In this document: piece by piece, positions 1 to 11,971 of the stretch
Layout: each line of letters begins with the position of its first letter
Numbering within the stretch: the first letter of the stretch is position 1
Assembly (NCBI RefSeq): GCF_006345805.1
Contig: NC_042997.1
Location: 119,350,001 to 119,414,000, forward strand
Source of the DNA: Octopus sinensis
Lineage: Eukaryota
DNA length: 64,000 nt
Direction of reading: 5' to 3'
Program-made: the position numbers and the translations under genes
Notes under the pieces: generated by a model
The model's database searches: none
What the model was told of the DNA's origin: nothing
The model's input: the letters and a program-made list of their open reading frames with translations, nothing else

Positions 1-816
1 AAACAGCTGTCATGTATTTCCACAAAGTTGATTACTATGCCAGAGCAGCACGAAAGAAGCCACTTCTTCGACCATCTAAGATCAAGCGGAGAAAAGATTG
101 GGCCAGTGAGATGGTGGAGAGACCACTTGCACTTTGGCTCATTCTGATGAGTCCATATTTGTTGTATTTACTGAGAGCGGTTGAATGTGGCTCTAGAATT
201 TGATGTGAAAAGATTGCAGCCAACAATGAAATACGGCAGATATTCTTTGATGACCTAGAGAGCAATTTGAAAGAATGGTTGATTAGAGCTGGTAGAGTGT
301 GAAGAAAACGTAAACGCAGGCAAACGTCTCCATATTGTAGAAATGACTCTTTCCCAACTTCTCTAGCTGGTGAAATGATTAAAGAAGACTTTATTTATGG
401 AAGATGGTGCTCCTCGTCACATGGCTAAAACGACCCAAGAATTTCTGAAAGAGAATGCCATTAAAAAGATTCCATGGCCAAACTAGTCAACAAATGTGAA
501 CCCTATTGAACAGCTCTGGGACAGAATGGACAGGGCACGTCATAAAAAGAGCAAGCAAGCATCTTCAAGGCCAGATCTTTTGAGATTATTGCATGATACA
601 AGGCAAGAAATTCCGCAAGACAATATTCGGTATCTGATCAGTCGACTAAATACTAAGTATTCACACTATAACAATTAGTAAATAACTTGAATGCATAATT
701 TCAATGAATATAAGGGTGTCTACTTCTATCATGTCTGTGTATATGTTTATATGTATATTAAAATGCAGGTTCAAAGAGTATCACCTGCCACAATGCCAAT
801 TCTCTGTCGTGCGTTG
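1..816 (+). mobile_element. Degenerate Tc1-family transposon, 3' part (DD34E transposase relic, truncated by window start)
   Basis: Broken frames give KPLLRPSKIKRRKDWA, SDESIF (about 143-160), EDGAPRH (about 400-420) and NPIEQLWDRM...EIPQDNIRYLISRL (499-650), i.e. the D, D and E motifs of Tc1 transposases, with stops and frameshifts. The right end at TG|TA (816/817) is tentative. Confidence 0.8.
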
Positions 817-1440
817 TACATCTAGGGGTGTATTATCTAATATTCTTTCTCACATTTTGGGTCTCTTCCTTTGTATTTGGAGAGTTATTCCACGGATATT
901 TCTTCTTTATTGAGTGGTGAGCGTAATGAACTTATGAAAGCCTTGCATTAACACAGGTAAATATACAAAGCTAATTATTTATTTCGTAATGAGGTTCTTA
1001 TTTTAGTGATTGTAATTAAGTGAAAGAGAATTTGAAACTAAACGAAAAATATATTTTCGACCGGTCGTTAACAAAGAGAATTTTCTTTTCGTTTTAATGA
1101 CAACTGGTTACAGCTATAAAGGCATTTCTAGCGTAAGAAGGAGAACGGGGCTGATGAATTTGTGATGATGCAATAAATATTGCAGATATTAAAGAAAGAT
1201 ATTAAAGTAAGGCCTCCGTTCACTTTTAGCTTCTGCTCCTGTTTTCGCTATCAAATGTTTTCCGTATACATACTTGAAAATAGTCAAAAACTTTTAATAC
1301 AAAGGTAACAAATCTGTCCGATGGTACTTATTAACAATAGTTCTTAGAAACTTTGTGAATTATACAAACTCTTTGGGTTATACAGTACGGGGAAATACAT
1401 TACAACGTATTTATTGCAGGAACTAAGAAAACATCGATAA

Positions 1441-1488
1441 CAAACCAACGCCGATGAAAACATAACCTCCCGCCTTGGCGGAGGTAAT
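1441..1488 (-). mobile_element. Terminal stub of a Helentron/HINE (DINE-1-like) non-autonomous element
   Basis: Minus strand reads TTACCTCCGCCAAGGCGGGAGGTTATGTTTTCATCGGCGTTGGTTTG. 1465-1485 is a hairpin, and its GCCTTGGCGGAGGT arm recurs at 2245-2258. Confidence 0.4.
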
Positions 1489-1504
1489 GAAAGAAATATA
1501 AAGT

Positions 1505-1547
<43 letters not shown>

Positions 1548-1566
1548 GTAGTTGTTGTTGTTGTTG

Positions 1567-1622
<56 letters not shown>

Positions 1623-1741
1623 TTATGTTTGACTTATGCTTTGCATTTGTACAAGTTTGCTCCAAGTCTCACCCAGGGACCTCAAGACACAAGTTATTAT
1701 TATTATTTTTATCATTATTATTATTATTATCATCATCATCA

Positions 1742-1813
<72 letters not shown>

Positions 1814-1822
1814 TATTATTTA
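1505..1822. repeat. Compound trinucleotide microsatellite (TAC)n-(GTT)n-(ATT)n, interrupted by a 72-bp unique insert
   Basis: Direct reading; it explains the poly-L/Y/I ORFs at 1625-2154. Confidence 0.95.
1622..1693 (-). mobile_element. Possible extreme 3' stub of an R4/Dong-type LINE inside an (AAT)n tract
   Basis: 72-bp non-repetitive sequence (minus strand CTTGTGTCTTGAGGTCCCTGGGTGAGACTTGGAGC...CAAACATAAAA) flanked by (AAT)n on both sides. The family assignment is from recall and context only. Confidence 0.3.
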
Positions 1823-1911
1823 TGGTTTCCTGTCATTATAACTTTATTTCAGCTGCCTTAGTGCAGGGTATCCTCCAGAGGCCAAGAGTGGCAAGGACAG
1901 TTTTGATTTTT

Positions 1912-2282
1912 ATCTTCCCCCTAGAGAAGGTGGATGTATTGTTTGCAGTCGTGTTTATTTCCTTGTTGATTGTCCGTGGAAAAGATATCTCAAGAACCGC
2001 GCGATGGATTCGGATAAAACATTCAGGGATGTTTCGCCTCGTGACTGGCACGAACGGATTAGATATTTCCATCTCTACAGTACCGAACAAGGATTCTAGA
2101 AGATGTTTCCTGTTTTCTTACTTAATTTCTGAGATCGTTCAGGTTCATTATTAGTATTCCCGTTAGTGAGAGCAGTCGAGTTTATTTCAGATATTCTCAT
2201 TTTAAAAATCATTTCTGGCTAATCATTGAATGGACATTGTTGTTGCCTTGGTGGAGGTTTGCGTTCCCTATGTGCTCTTGTT
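1912..2282 (+). mobile_element. Degenerate Helentron/HINE-like non-autonomous element
   Basis: 3' end GCCTTGGTGGAGGTTTGCGTTCCCTATGTGCTCTTG is a subterminal inverted repeat plus a short imperfect hairpin. The 5' part has the typical GATATCTCAAGAACC...GATGGATT...AAAC core. Confidence 0.45.
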
Positions 2283-2320
2283 GTTGATGTTGTTGTTATT
2301 ACTATTTTCTGTTTTTTATT

Positions 2321-2862
2321 AAGGCCGGTAAGTATGAGAAGCTTTTGCACACCGGACAACACTGCATAACATTATTTTAAACAAGGCGGTGAGCTGGCAG
2401 AATCATTAGTACGTTGGGCAAAATGCTTTACGGCGTTTCGTCCAGTCTTTGATTTCTGGGTTGTAATTCTGCCGAGGTCGACTTTCGCCTCTCATTATTT
2501 CGCGGTCGATAAAATAAGCAGCATTTGAGTACTGGACTCCATGCAATCGACGAGCTTCTTTCCCAGAACTTGCCAAATTTGTGTCAAAATTTGAAATCAT
2601 TATTATTGTCGTTGCTGTTATTATTTTACAATTACATAAGGCGGTGAGCTGGCAGAATCGTTAGCACACCGGGCGAAATGCTTATCGGTATTTCGTTGTT
2701 ACTCTTGCTACGTTCTGAGTTCAAATTCCTGCGAGGTCGACTTTGCCTTTCATCCTTTCGGGGTCGATAAATTAAATACCAGTTGTGTACTGGAGTCGAT
2801 CTAATCGACTGGCCCCCTCCCGAAAAATTTCAGGCGTTGTGCCTAGAATAAGTAGAAAAGTA
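2321..2862 (+). mobile_element. Cluster of three tRNA-derived SINE-A copies (head remnant at 2321, copies at about 2385-2595 and 2639-2862)
   Basis: Head AAGGCGGTGAGCTGGCAGAATC, B-box-like GAGTTCAAATTCC and core GAGGTCGACTTTGCCTTTCATCC match many other copies in the window. Confidence 0.9.
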
Positions 2863-3549
2863 ATACCTTCCTAACAAATTTGAGACCTTGTGCCTCCGCT
2901 AGAAAGGATTGTTTTCCTGTTACATGAAATGGATATGCTTTGGGATTAGTAAAATTCCTTTCCAACTGCTTCTGTAATTTATGTTGAGCTTTACATTTCC
3001 AGGAATTGTGGTGGAAATGTATGTAATAGGAAGAGTAAACCATAATATAATTTTGAATCAATTGAAATATAAGAAAGAAATAATTTATTCTTTTCGAGAA
3101 ATATTTGAACGAAAGACTGAGAAATCTCAGATTTAATCGTGGATAAAATCAATTAAAATATCTCTTTCTATGCTTAATAATTGATGTACATATAGTCCAG
3201 AGATCGATGAGTTCTCATAAAAAAGCAAGGAAGAATTCGTTAAAGAATAGTTTAAGTAAATCAGAGAGGAATGTATTATAGATTGTCTCCATTTTATGTA
3301 CACATCCTAGCATATAATTGGAAATAAATAGAAGTCACAATTTTTTCTGTTTAACTCTAGAGTGACGCGGAAATTTTTTATTGGTTTTAAATAAGGTCCT
3401 AATGTTATCTAGAAGGTCACCTTCTTGATAATATTTTGTTGGATTTAGTGGCAGCGGATAATGGAATGTGAGTTACAATTTTTAAGTATAAGTAAACCTC
3501 CTTCCTCATTTAAAACATCACTAACTAACTACAATAACTGATATGAAAT

Positions 3550-3700
3550 ACTGATTTCAAATATTGGCACAAGACCAGCAATTTCAGCTGAGGAAGTAAG
3601 TTGATTACATCAACCCAAGTGTTCAATTAATATTTCTTTTATGACCCTGAAATAATTAAATACAAAATCGACCATGGCAGAACGTAAACACGGATTAAAT
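3550..3700 (-). mobile_element. Old SINE-A remnant
   Basis: Diverged match to the SINE-A core and tail (GATTACATCAACCCAAGTG...AAAATCGACCATGGCAGAAC). Confidence 0.5.
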
Positions 3701-4180
3701 GCATTTTTCTCGGCGTGATAAAGGTTGATTTGAAATATTTAAAAATATAATTCAAGTAACTTCCACCGATTCCTTATTCGAAGCTTTCAGAATTTCGCTT
3801 TCTTTCTCATTCGTGTAGAGAAAAATAACGTTCCTACAGAGAAAAATCATTGATTTTCCTGTGTAGCGTATAGTTTCTATGCTGGAGTATTATCGAAGTA
3901 ATAGATTTAGGAAATTTTAGGCTTGCAATAAATAACGGTTTAGTAATTCTCGAATAGAATGTTTGCATCCAATTTTTTTATATTGAAAATGTTGAACAGA
4001 ATTTACAAGCTACTCTTCTCTAATGGGTTGAAGGGGAATTGCGTTTAATTTTCGGGATGGTTGATTTTAAGGCCGTCTTGCTAATGATACTAGGTCCAGT
4101 TTTAAATCATATTGAAGGTTATATCTGTATGTACATTGTGTATGTGTGTGTTCGCCTTTTTTTCTTTTCTGTTTACTTAG

Positions 4181-4365
4181 GTAGGGATGTTGAAGTCCGC
4201 AATGGGGAGATAATTCATAGAAGACCGTTAATCAAGACAATTTACATCTATTCACTAAAGGGTTCTAATGCGCAGCTTGGACTAATGATTGAGGGTAATA
4301 GCATTTATAAAAATCCGCCAAGAGCTGCCCCAACATTAAATCAATTCCTGGTGACCAATGACTGA
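4181..4365 (+). CDS. Candidate terminal coding exon of an unknown gene (unverified)
   Basis: Pyrimidine tract plus TTAG acceptor at 4180, 60 open codons (RDVEVRNGEIIHRRPLIK...FLVTND*), AATAAA at about 4463. No recognisable domain. Confidence 0.2.
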
Positions 4366-6087
4366 AAACAAAGATAAATAGTGGGATGAGGTTATTTTTT
4401 TCGTTTGAAGGACGTTTTATTATATATAATGACGAAATTGAACTTTTTCCTATCAAATATAATAAATATGCAAAATAATAAGGAGGAAAATATCCAATAT
4501 ATTCTTTGGGTTGTTATTTAGTTGTGTAACGTGTAATTACCAAGAAGCACTGAAAAAAATGCTACATATAAAGAAAACGAGGTACAAACACAAAGCACAT
4601 TAGAAAAGATTTGGATCAAATAAGAATTTACTATGAAGATTATGTTCAATATAGCTAAAACATCCTAAGTTTGAGGAAAAAAATTATTCCCCAGCAATAG
4701 AGAATAAATAACGTTGTTCACGTTGCTTGTCCTAGCTTAGCCCTGATCGAATAGGCGTATGAGGAAAGGCAACCACTCATAGTCATTCACTTACAAGGGA
4801 GGTAATGTAGCATTTCATTAGCATATATACCACTCTTCTCCGATACCTTGGAATCTGATATGAAGTGCATTTATCAGTTTTTTTCATTCTAGCTAGTCAA
4901 TCAATCAAGTAGACATTAGACGACAATGTTAGGTAGAGTTGAATAATCGTTATCTGTAGCATAGAAAAACTTCGCTATCCAAATACTTACCACCATGTTG
5001 TACTGACAATTCTATTTGAAAGGCGAAGGTTGTAGTCGGCTTAGGAATAATATAGTATTTCATTTGACATTAGATTGAAACTTAATATTTTCTTCGGAAT
5101 TGTAATTTATTAAGTCATGCAATTCAATTTCCGAAATTAATCAGCAGCCTTTAGGAAGTTTAAATCGAAAGAGGTAAAATGGAAATCCGATACAACTAGC
5201 TGACTCTGATTACCGAAAACGTATGACATTGACGTAAAATAAATCATCGTTTAATATACATTTCACCTTATCTCTTGAAGTGTATGTGAATAGCAATAAG
5301 AAAGTGACATGCTTATGTGAATACTAAGACCATTAGGAACGGAAGCAAGACGAAATAAAAACACGGTGATAAGCTGTTTGTGATTTTATTAAAGGCGTTA
5401 TTTGCTAAAATAAACCAAAATGGTTTCTATCGTGAACTCCCAAGATATATCAAGCAGAGTATTAAAGTATGCATACATTTCTTTTTTTCCTAAAATAAAA
5501 TTATTTACAGTATCTAAACGGTGTCAAGATATTCTCATATCTGAATGAGACTGTACCTGATACAAATGATATGTATCAGATTGTAGACTTCTAACGTGTA
5601 GCTACACAGAGTTTGAGAATGTAATTTCGGATGTCGTTTTGCTGATTACATGAACATCATGTCCGTTAGAAATAATCTGTCGCTTGTGTAAAAAATATTT
5701 GAATTAATCTAATCCAAAAGGAAACGTTATTTAAAATGTTTAACCAGGTCTTCTTTGACAAAATCAGAATCCCTGCAGATCTGTATTTATATTTCCTTGT
5801 TGGCAGCACTAATAAATAGAGGTGATGTTGGCAGCGCTAATAAATGTTTTGAACAACAAGTAATTCAGTTCATGGTTCAAATCTGCCACCTTCATGTTTT
5901 GTTTTGGGATTTCTGATATATCATTATAAACTACTACTTCTCAGTCCACATCCTTATCAGGATACGATAACACAAAAATCTGATTTAGCTTCACGTCAGA
6001 ACCTACCTGTCACTATTAGTTCTTAGAGCCATTAATCCGGGTTGTGCCGCCGACAGCAGGTAGTGTACATTATTGATTTGAACCAAC

Positions 6088-6705
6088 GCGGCGAGCTGGC
6101 AGAAACGTTGGCACGCCGGGCGAAATGCTTACCGGTATTTCGTCTGCCCCTACGTTCTGAGTTCAAATTCCGCCGAGGTCGACTTTGCCTTTCATCCTTT
6201 TGGGGTCGATTAAATAAGTTCGAGTTACGCACTGGGGTCGATGCAATCGAATTACTCCGTTTGTCTGTCCTTGTTTGTTCTCTCTGTGTTTAGCCCCTTG
6301 TGGGTAGTAAAGAAATAGGTATTTCGTCTACCGTTACGTTATAAGTTCAAATACCGCCGAGGTCGACTTTGCCTTTTATCCTTCCGTGATCGATAAATTA
6401 AGTGCCAGTTATGCAGTGGGGTCCATGTAATCGACTTAATTCCTTTGTCTGTCCTTGATTGTTCTCTCTATGTTTAGCCCCTTGTGGACAATAAAGAAAT
6501 AAGAAACTTTTTCACGCCGGGCGAAATGCTTAGTGGTATTTCGCCTGTTTTTACGTTCTCTGTTCAAATTCCTTCGGGGCCGAATTTGCTTTTCATCCCT
6601 TCTGGGTCGATAAATTAAGTACCAGTTGCGTAATGGGGGTAGATCTAATCGACTGCCCCCTCCCTCAAAAGTTCGGGCCTTGTGCCTAGAGTAGAAAAGA
6701 TTATT
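6088..6705 (+). mobile_element. Head-to-tail trimer of SINE-A
   Basis: Three core repeats, with junctions at 6318/6319 (GAAATAG|GTATTTCG) and 6503/6504 (GAAATAAG|AAAC...CACGCCGGG). Confidence 0.92.
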
Positions 6706-7243
6706 GATTTGAAACAACTTAATCGCAAGTTAACATTCTCTTGCATGCTGGTATTCAAGAGTCTCCACGTATTAGATTGTTTGTTGTTATGTAATTTTAA
6801 CACGCTCATTAAAAAGGCGCTAGTTGTAAAATAAGAACCTAGAATATAAAATGTGATTTTGAAAAAAATGGGTTTTCAGATTACATTGCTGAAGTACCAC
6901 AGAGTACCTGAAAGTTAAATAAACATTTTATTTTCAGTCACAAGTGCGTTGAGCTAATTTCATTTCTTAATGCGTCCGAAGGAAACCAAAAAGCATACAT
7001 ACGGAAGAGGATGCAATATTCAAAGGGAAACAGTATTCTATCGATTTGCCTTCGAATCCCATGATGGTTAAGAATAATTTGAATTTCCATATCGATATTT
7101 CCATTTCTTAATACATTTCGGAAACCTTAACATTTATGGCTACGGCATGCATACTCACTTTCTCCTGCATCCACTACAGTTATTTCTATTGTTGTGTGCG
7201 ACATCTCAGAACATTTATCAAGATATTGTTCTTTATTTTATGA

Positions 7244-7465
7244 GGACGGTGAGCTAGAAGATTCGCTGTGGTGCCGGAGAATATGCATACCGGTATTTCT
7301 TCGGGCTTCCTAGGTTCTGACTTCAAATCAAGTCGACATCATCTTCTTCCTTTCATTCTTTCATTGTCGATAAATTAAGTACCAGTTAATTTGTGGGGTC
7401 GATATAAACAATTTACCCACACCCAAAGAAAATTGGCGCCCTATGCCAACATTTGAAAAGGTTAT
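7244..7465 (+). mobile_element. Diverged SINE-A copy
   Basis: GGACGGTGAGCTAGAAG head and GTCGATAAATTAAGTACCAGTT core. Confidence 0.75.
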
Positions 7466-8689
7466 TTTTCATTTTATTAATGTTTAATTTGTTGCAGATA
7501 CCCGAAGGGAGAAAGATTGGTAGCACGTAACTTCCAGTAGTACGTGTCCAATTCACTAAACTGACTGATACGAATTATCCATGGTAGAATCTGCATTTCA
7601 CGCATGCGCCATAACAAATTTTGAGGGTTGGTACTATAGCCATATTGGCGTATTTTCACTGACGCAAACTAGTCTCTACTCCACAGACGAGGCTCTGACT
7701 GCCGTTCCCCACAATCTAATTTGTTCTCGCTTCACCAACAATACAATGTTCAAACATAGGCTCTGCACTGATCTTTATCTTACGGTATTTCTTCTTGAAA
7801 TTGCGCAATAAGGAATTCTAACTTAACATGGTACGATTGAAATTGAATCCAGAGGAATGGTTCATCTAAATGTATCCTTCGGAAGTGAAGTGCCATGAAG
7901 ACGACCATCAAAATCTTGTTTTTTATTGATGAACGAAGAGAGGAGAAGAGATCAAATTATCTTCTAATTCATGAACATTTCTAGCAATAATTACAATCTA
8001 TTTATAAGGAAAAGGTCAACATATAATACTTTGATTAAAAATTAAACTATATTGATTTCATTTATTTGTGAATTAATTAACATTTATTTGATATGTTTTG
8101 GGGGTTTTAATAACTCAAAGAGCAAAGAAATGAAAGAAAAATAAAACAGAAAACCAAATATATTTTGTGTGCGATTGAAACTTTATTGAGAGAACATTTA
8201 ATAACAAATATCAATCTAGTGTTTGCTTGTTTGAAAACAATCTTTCAGTAAATAATCATAAAAATGAAAATTGCTTTATCGGTGATAATTTCTACCTATT
8301 GAAGGAAACAACGATTTCCATTATAGTCGCAAAGAATGAGAATTTATATCCTGAAATAGACTGAAAATTGGTTAATCGACGGTTTTGAATAAAATTATTT
8401 CCTCGCAAAATACAAAGGATTTACAGAAACGAAACGAAAATCTCAAATTACATGACACAGTGCCAACACCTTCGAAATTCAACGTAGAACATGTGATTTA
8501 AAAACTGTGAAGACAAAGAAATAAACTATTAAATCTCTGAAATGAGAATGTCAGCGAAGCATTTGGGTTCATTAGCATCTCATAGGAAGTGGCAAAGATG
8601 CATGAAATAGTGTACTCCACAAATGCGCGCGTGCAAGCGCTCACACACACACACGTACACACACATATATGCATGTATGCATTTACGTA

Positions 8690-8698
8690 CGGAAATGG

Positions 8699-8739
<41 letters not shown>

Positions 8740-8763
8740 CATACATATATGTATGTGTGGTAT

Positions 8764-8801
<38 letters not shown>

Positions 8802-9057
8802 CATTTATTTATAATATATATAAATATATATATGTATGTATATATGTCTATATATATCTATCTATATATATATATCTATATCTATCTATCTAATATCTAT
8901 CTATCTTTCTATCTATCTATATATATATATATTTACATACATAGGGGAACACGATATATATAAAGCGATATATATAGCAATATTTAGTAATGGTGATGCA
9001 AAGAGAAAAAGTAGAATTCAAAATATGAGTATATATATATATATATATATATATATG
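8690..9057. repeat. (TA)n/(TATC)n low-complexity tract
   Basis: Direct reading. Confidence 0.95.
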
Positions 9058-9572
9058 TAAAAATAGCAAAATTAACAGTATGACTCAACATTCGAGAGTT
9101 TCATGCGTTGGCACTTATCAAATTAGTGACAGGTCGAAGCGCTATGAGTTTATATAGTCTGTGATAATTGTATTTTCCTCTACATTGATTGTTCTCGATC
9201 GAATCTTAAAATCATAATAATGTCACGTGGATATTAAATGCATTTGCTGGTCTAATGCAGTCTCAATTCTTCGCTTCACGCAAATATCATTCATACAACC
9301 ACGTGATACTCTGACCTCGATGACTTCTTTAAAGAAACCTGCACCTGACTGATAATTTGCGAGATAATCTCCCGAGGAACGAACTTTAAAAGAACTCAGA
9401 TTTGAGGAAAACACTTTTAGTTTTCTTTAGAAAATCTCGGAGAGGTTAAACCTGTTAAGTACATATATACATTTTATGGACTGAAAATATTTTCAACAGT
9501 TTTTTTTTCTATACACACACAGACGCCCGCATGTATGTATGTGTGTATACTTGTACATACGAATGTATACAT

Positions 9573-9574
<2 letters not shown>

Positions 9575-9653
<79 letters not shown>

Positions 9654-9748
9654 TGGGTATGTACATATATATATTATATATTCATGTATGTGTGTATAAA
9701 TACATACATATATACATACATACATACATACATACATACATACATACA
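9575..9748. repeat. (CA)n-(TA)n-(ACAT)n tract
   Basis: Direct reading. Confidence 0.95.
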
Positions 9749-9989
9749 TTCATGCATATGTATTTATGTGAATACATAGAGATAGATAGAAAGAGAGAAA
9801 GATAAATAGTTGCTGTTTAAGTTGTGTTCTATTGTATTTGTGTGAATGTATCCGTGTTGCATGGCAACTCACTGCGTTCAAAAGATATACTACATTCTAT
9901 ATAGATTAGTATCAATTGCCTCTTGTGTCTGCCTTTCCTTACCATCAAGGAAGAATTACCCCAGTTGATGCTTATATTATAGACATAAT

Positions 9990-10363
9990 AGTCGGGTAAA
10001 ACCACCAATAGAAGAGAATATTACCAAAAACTGCGAATACTCCATCCCATGCAGCTCTGGTAGGTTATAGAAAGGCGAAACATGATCTCCCTCAAAATAA
10101 GGGTAGACGAACAAAGCAAAGCTGTGACACGAGAAGATATTGATAAATCGGGTATCACTGATCAAGTATGGAAAAATGGAAACCATCTCACCCTGTGGGA
10201 TGAAGTTAAAATTATTGATAGAGAACACCACTGGAACATATGAAAACTAAAAGAAGCAGTACATATGTTAGGACACACCAAGTTCCTAAGCAGACTGAGT
10301 GCAGATATGAACAGCATATGGGAACCGGTATTCAGTAAGGATAGGAAACTATTAGATTTATAA
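9990..10363 (+). mobile_element. Penelope-like element 3' fragment (GIY-YIG endonuclease relic)
   Basis: Plus-strand translation across one frameshift: KNCEYSIPCSSGRL*KGET / LKIRVDEQSKAVTREDIDKSGITDQVWKNGNHLTLWDEVKIIDREHHWNI*KLKEAVHM...WEPV, which is the PLE pattern YxIxCxCGxxYxGET...LxxRxxEH...LKEA. Stop codon at 10361-10363. Confidence 0.85.
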
Positions 10364-10392
10364 ACCTTAAAATTCACTCTATAATTGCTCAC

Positions 10393-10466
10393 GAGCATAG
10401 GGCGTAGTGGTTTAGAGTGCGGGCTACTAACCCCAATATTCCGAGTTCGATTCCAGGCAGTGACCT
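10393..10466 (+). pseudogene. tRNA-like sequence (Pol III A/B boxes; Ser-like anticodon loop CTACTAA) followed by (AAT)n
   Basis: A box GGGCGTAGTGG at 10400-10410, B box GAGTTCGATTCC at 10443-10454, GGG-CTACTAA-CCC anticodon arm. The acceptor stem is not intact, so this is not a functional tRNA. Confidence 0.65.
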
Positions 10467-10489
10467 GAATAATAATAATAATAATGATA

Positions 10490-10595
10490 ATCCATGAACA
10501 AAACCTTGCTGTTATTTCAAAGTAGAGGTCAGGAAATTCGGAAAGAATACTTTCACAAGCACTAACAATGTGAGTCACACTTTCGACGCTCAAGC
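10490..10595 (-). mobile_element. Small R4/Dong-type LINE stub (zinc-knuckle region)
   Basis: SVESVTHIVSACESIL resembles the ETxxHIxSxC knuckle segment and abuts (AAT)n. Confidence 0.5.
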
Positions 10596-10639
10596 CGATG
10601 AACTGGTAGAATCGTTAGCACACCGGGCGAAATGCTTTA

Positions 10640-11971
10640 TGAGTGCATCCCAGGTATTTCAGTATCTATAATCTTCGTTTACTGTTTTACTTTACCACAA
10701 AACTATCTGGTCTCGAAGCATCGATTGGGTCGTCACTGTATATCATATCCATTGTTCTCCGTGACTCCTTTTGGTCCAGGTTCATACTATTTCCGTGCTC
10801 TGTTGAGGCCGTGTTTTTTACATAACTTCCAGTGGTCGAACTTAGTCACGTTATCGTACCTCCTTCTGTAGTGCTTTTGGGCAAGCTTGCTACATTTACT
10901 CACAATATTTGAGGTTGTTCCGTTTCTCTTGCCACATATCCTACAAAGGAGCGATTCGCTACTCTTACCTATTTGCAATTTGGTGTAATTAGGTCTCAGA
11001 GCTTGTTCTTGAGAGCTGTATATCAATGCGTCTGTGCATTCTTTCAGATACATTTTTCTTAGCCATCTCCAACTGTTGATCTTGTCTTTTCCATCTCCAA
11101 CGTTTGATCTTGTCCATTCAGTGACTTCCCTTCCCAGTCCTTTACTGTTTCTTCTTCCTCAAATACCTTCCTTTTGGTAGGTATTTGAGTGTTAATTCTA
11201 ACAGCAGCAAGCAAGGATTAACTCTGCTGTTTGATGTACCGACCCAAACTGTTCTTCTCATTAAGAACACAGGTTTTGCATCCCATGTAACATCTTTCGC
11301 CTCTGTTCCTAGGCACATACAGCCACGCAGTATCTCTTTTGGAGTGCGGTTCCTTGTTAATTATTACCACACTTCTGGTTTTCCTTTCTCTTTCTCAAGG
11401 TCGTTATTTATCCACCTAACAACACCTGATCCTTTTTCTCATAATTTGTTTCTCCTGAGATATTCCCGCCTAAGGCTTTCTTTCATTTCAATTTCCTTGA
11501 ATTAAGTTTCGTATTTCAGAATCCCCAGATATTTATTAGTCTGAATATCTTTATTCCTCTACACCATCAGACGACGCTAATTTGCCTCTTTGTGTTACAA
11601 GCTTATCATACATTTTAATCCCAAATTCCCCTCCGATACTGAATATCTGCACTGTTGAAACTAGGCCATTTATTTAACGTTTGAACTTCCAAAAGGTCTT
11701 TAAGTAATCCATATATAAGAAGTGATTTTCCTCCAGTTTACAAGGTGTACCCCGATGTCACTTTACTTAGTATCTGTGTGAGGACTATCATACAAATCAC
11801 AAACAGCAATGATGATAGGTTATCTTCTTGAAATATGCCTCTCTTGATGTCAACCCTCGCCAAAATGTTTCCATATGAATTTAACTATATATCCCAGTTT
11901 TTCATTGAACTCTTCAACACTTACCCGCTCAAAACTTTCTAAAATCCAGGAAAGGGGTATCATGTCATAAG
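10640..11971 (-). mobile_element. R4/Dong-clade LINE relic 1 (RT C-half, CCHC knuckle, partial RLE)
   Basis: AYDMIPLSWILES; IKRGIFQEDNLSSLLFV; YLGIL; LYVPRNRGER; QEQALRPNY; CRICGK...NIVSKC; ASRPD. Many stops and frameshifts. Confidence 0.9.
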
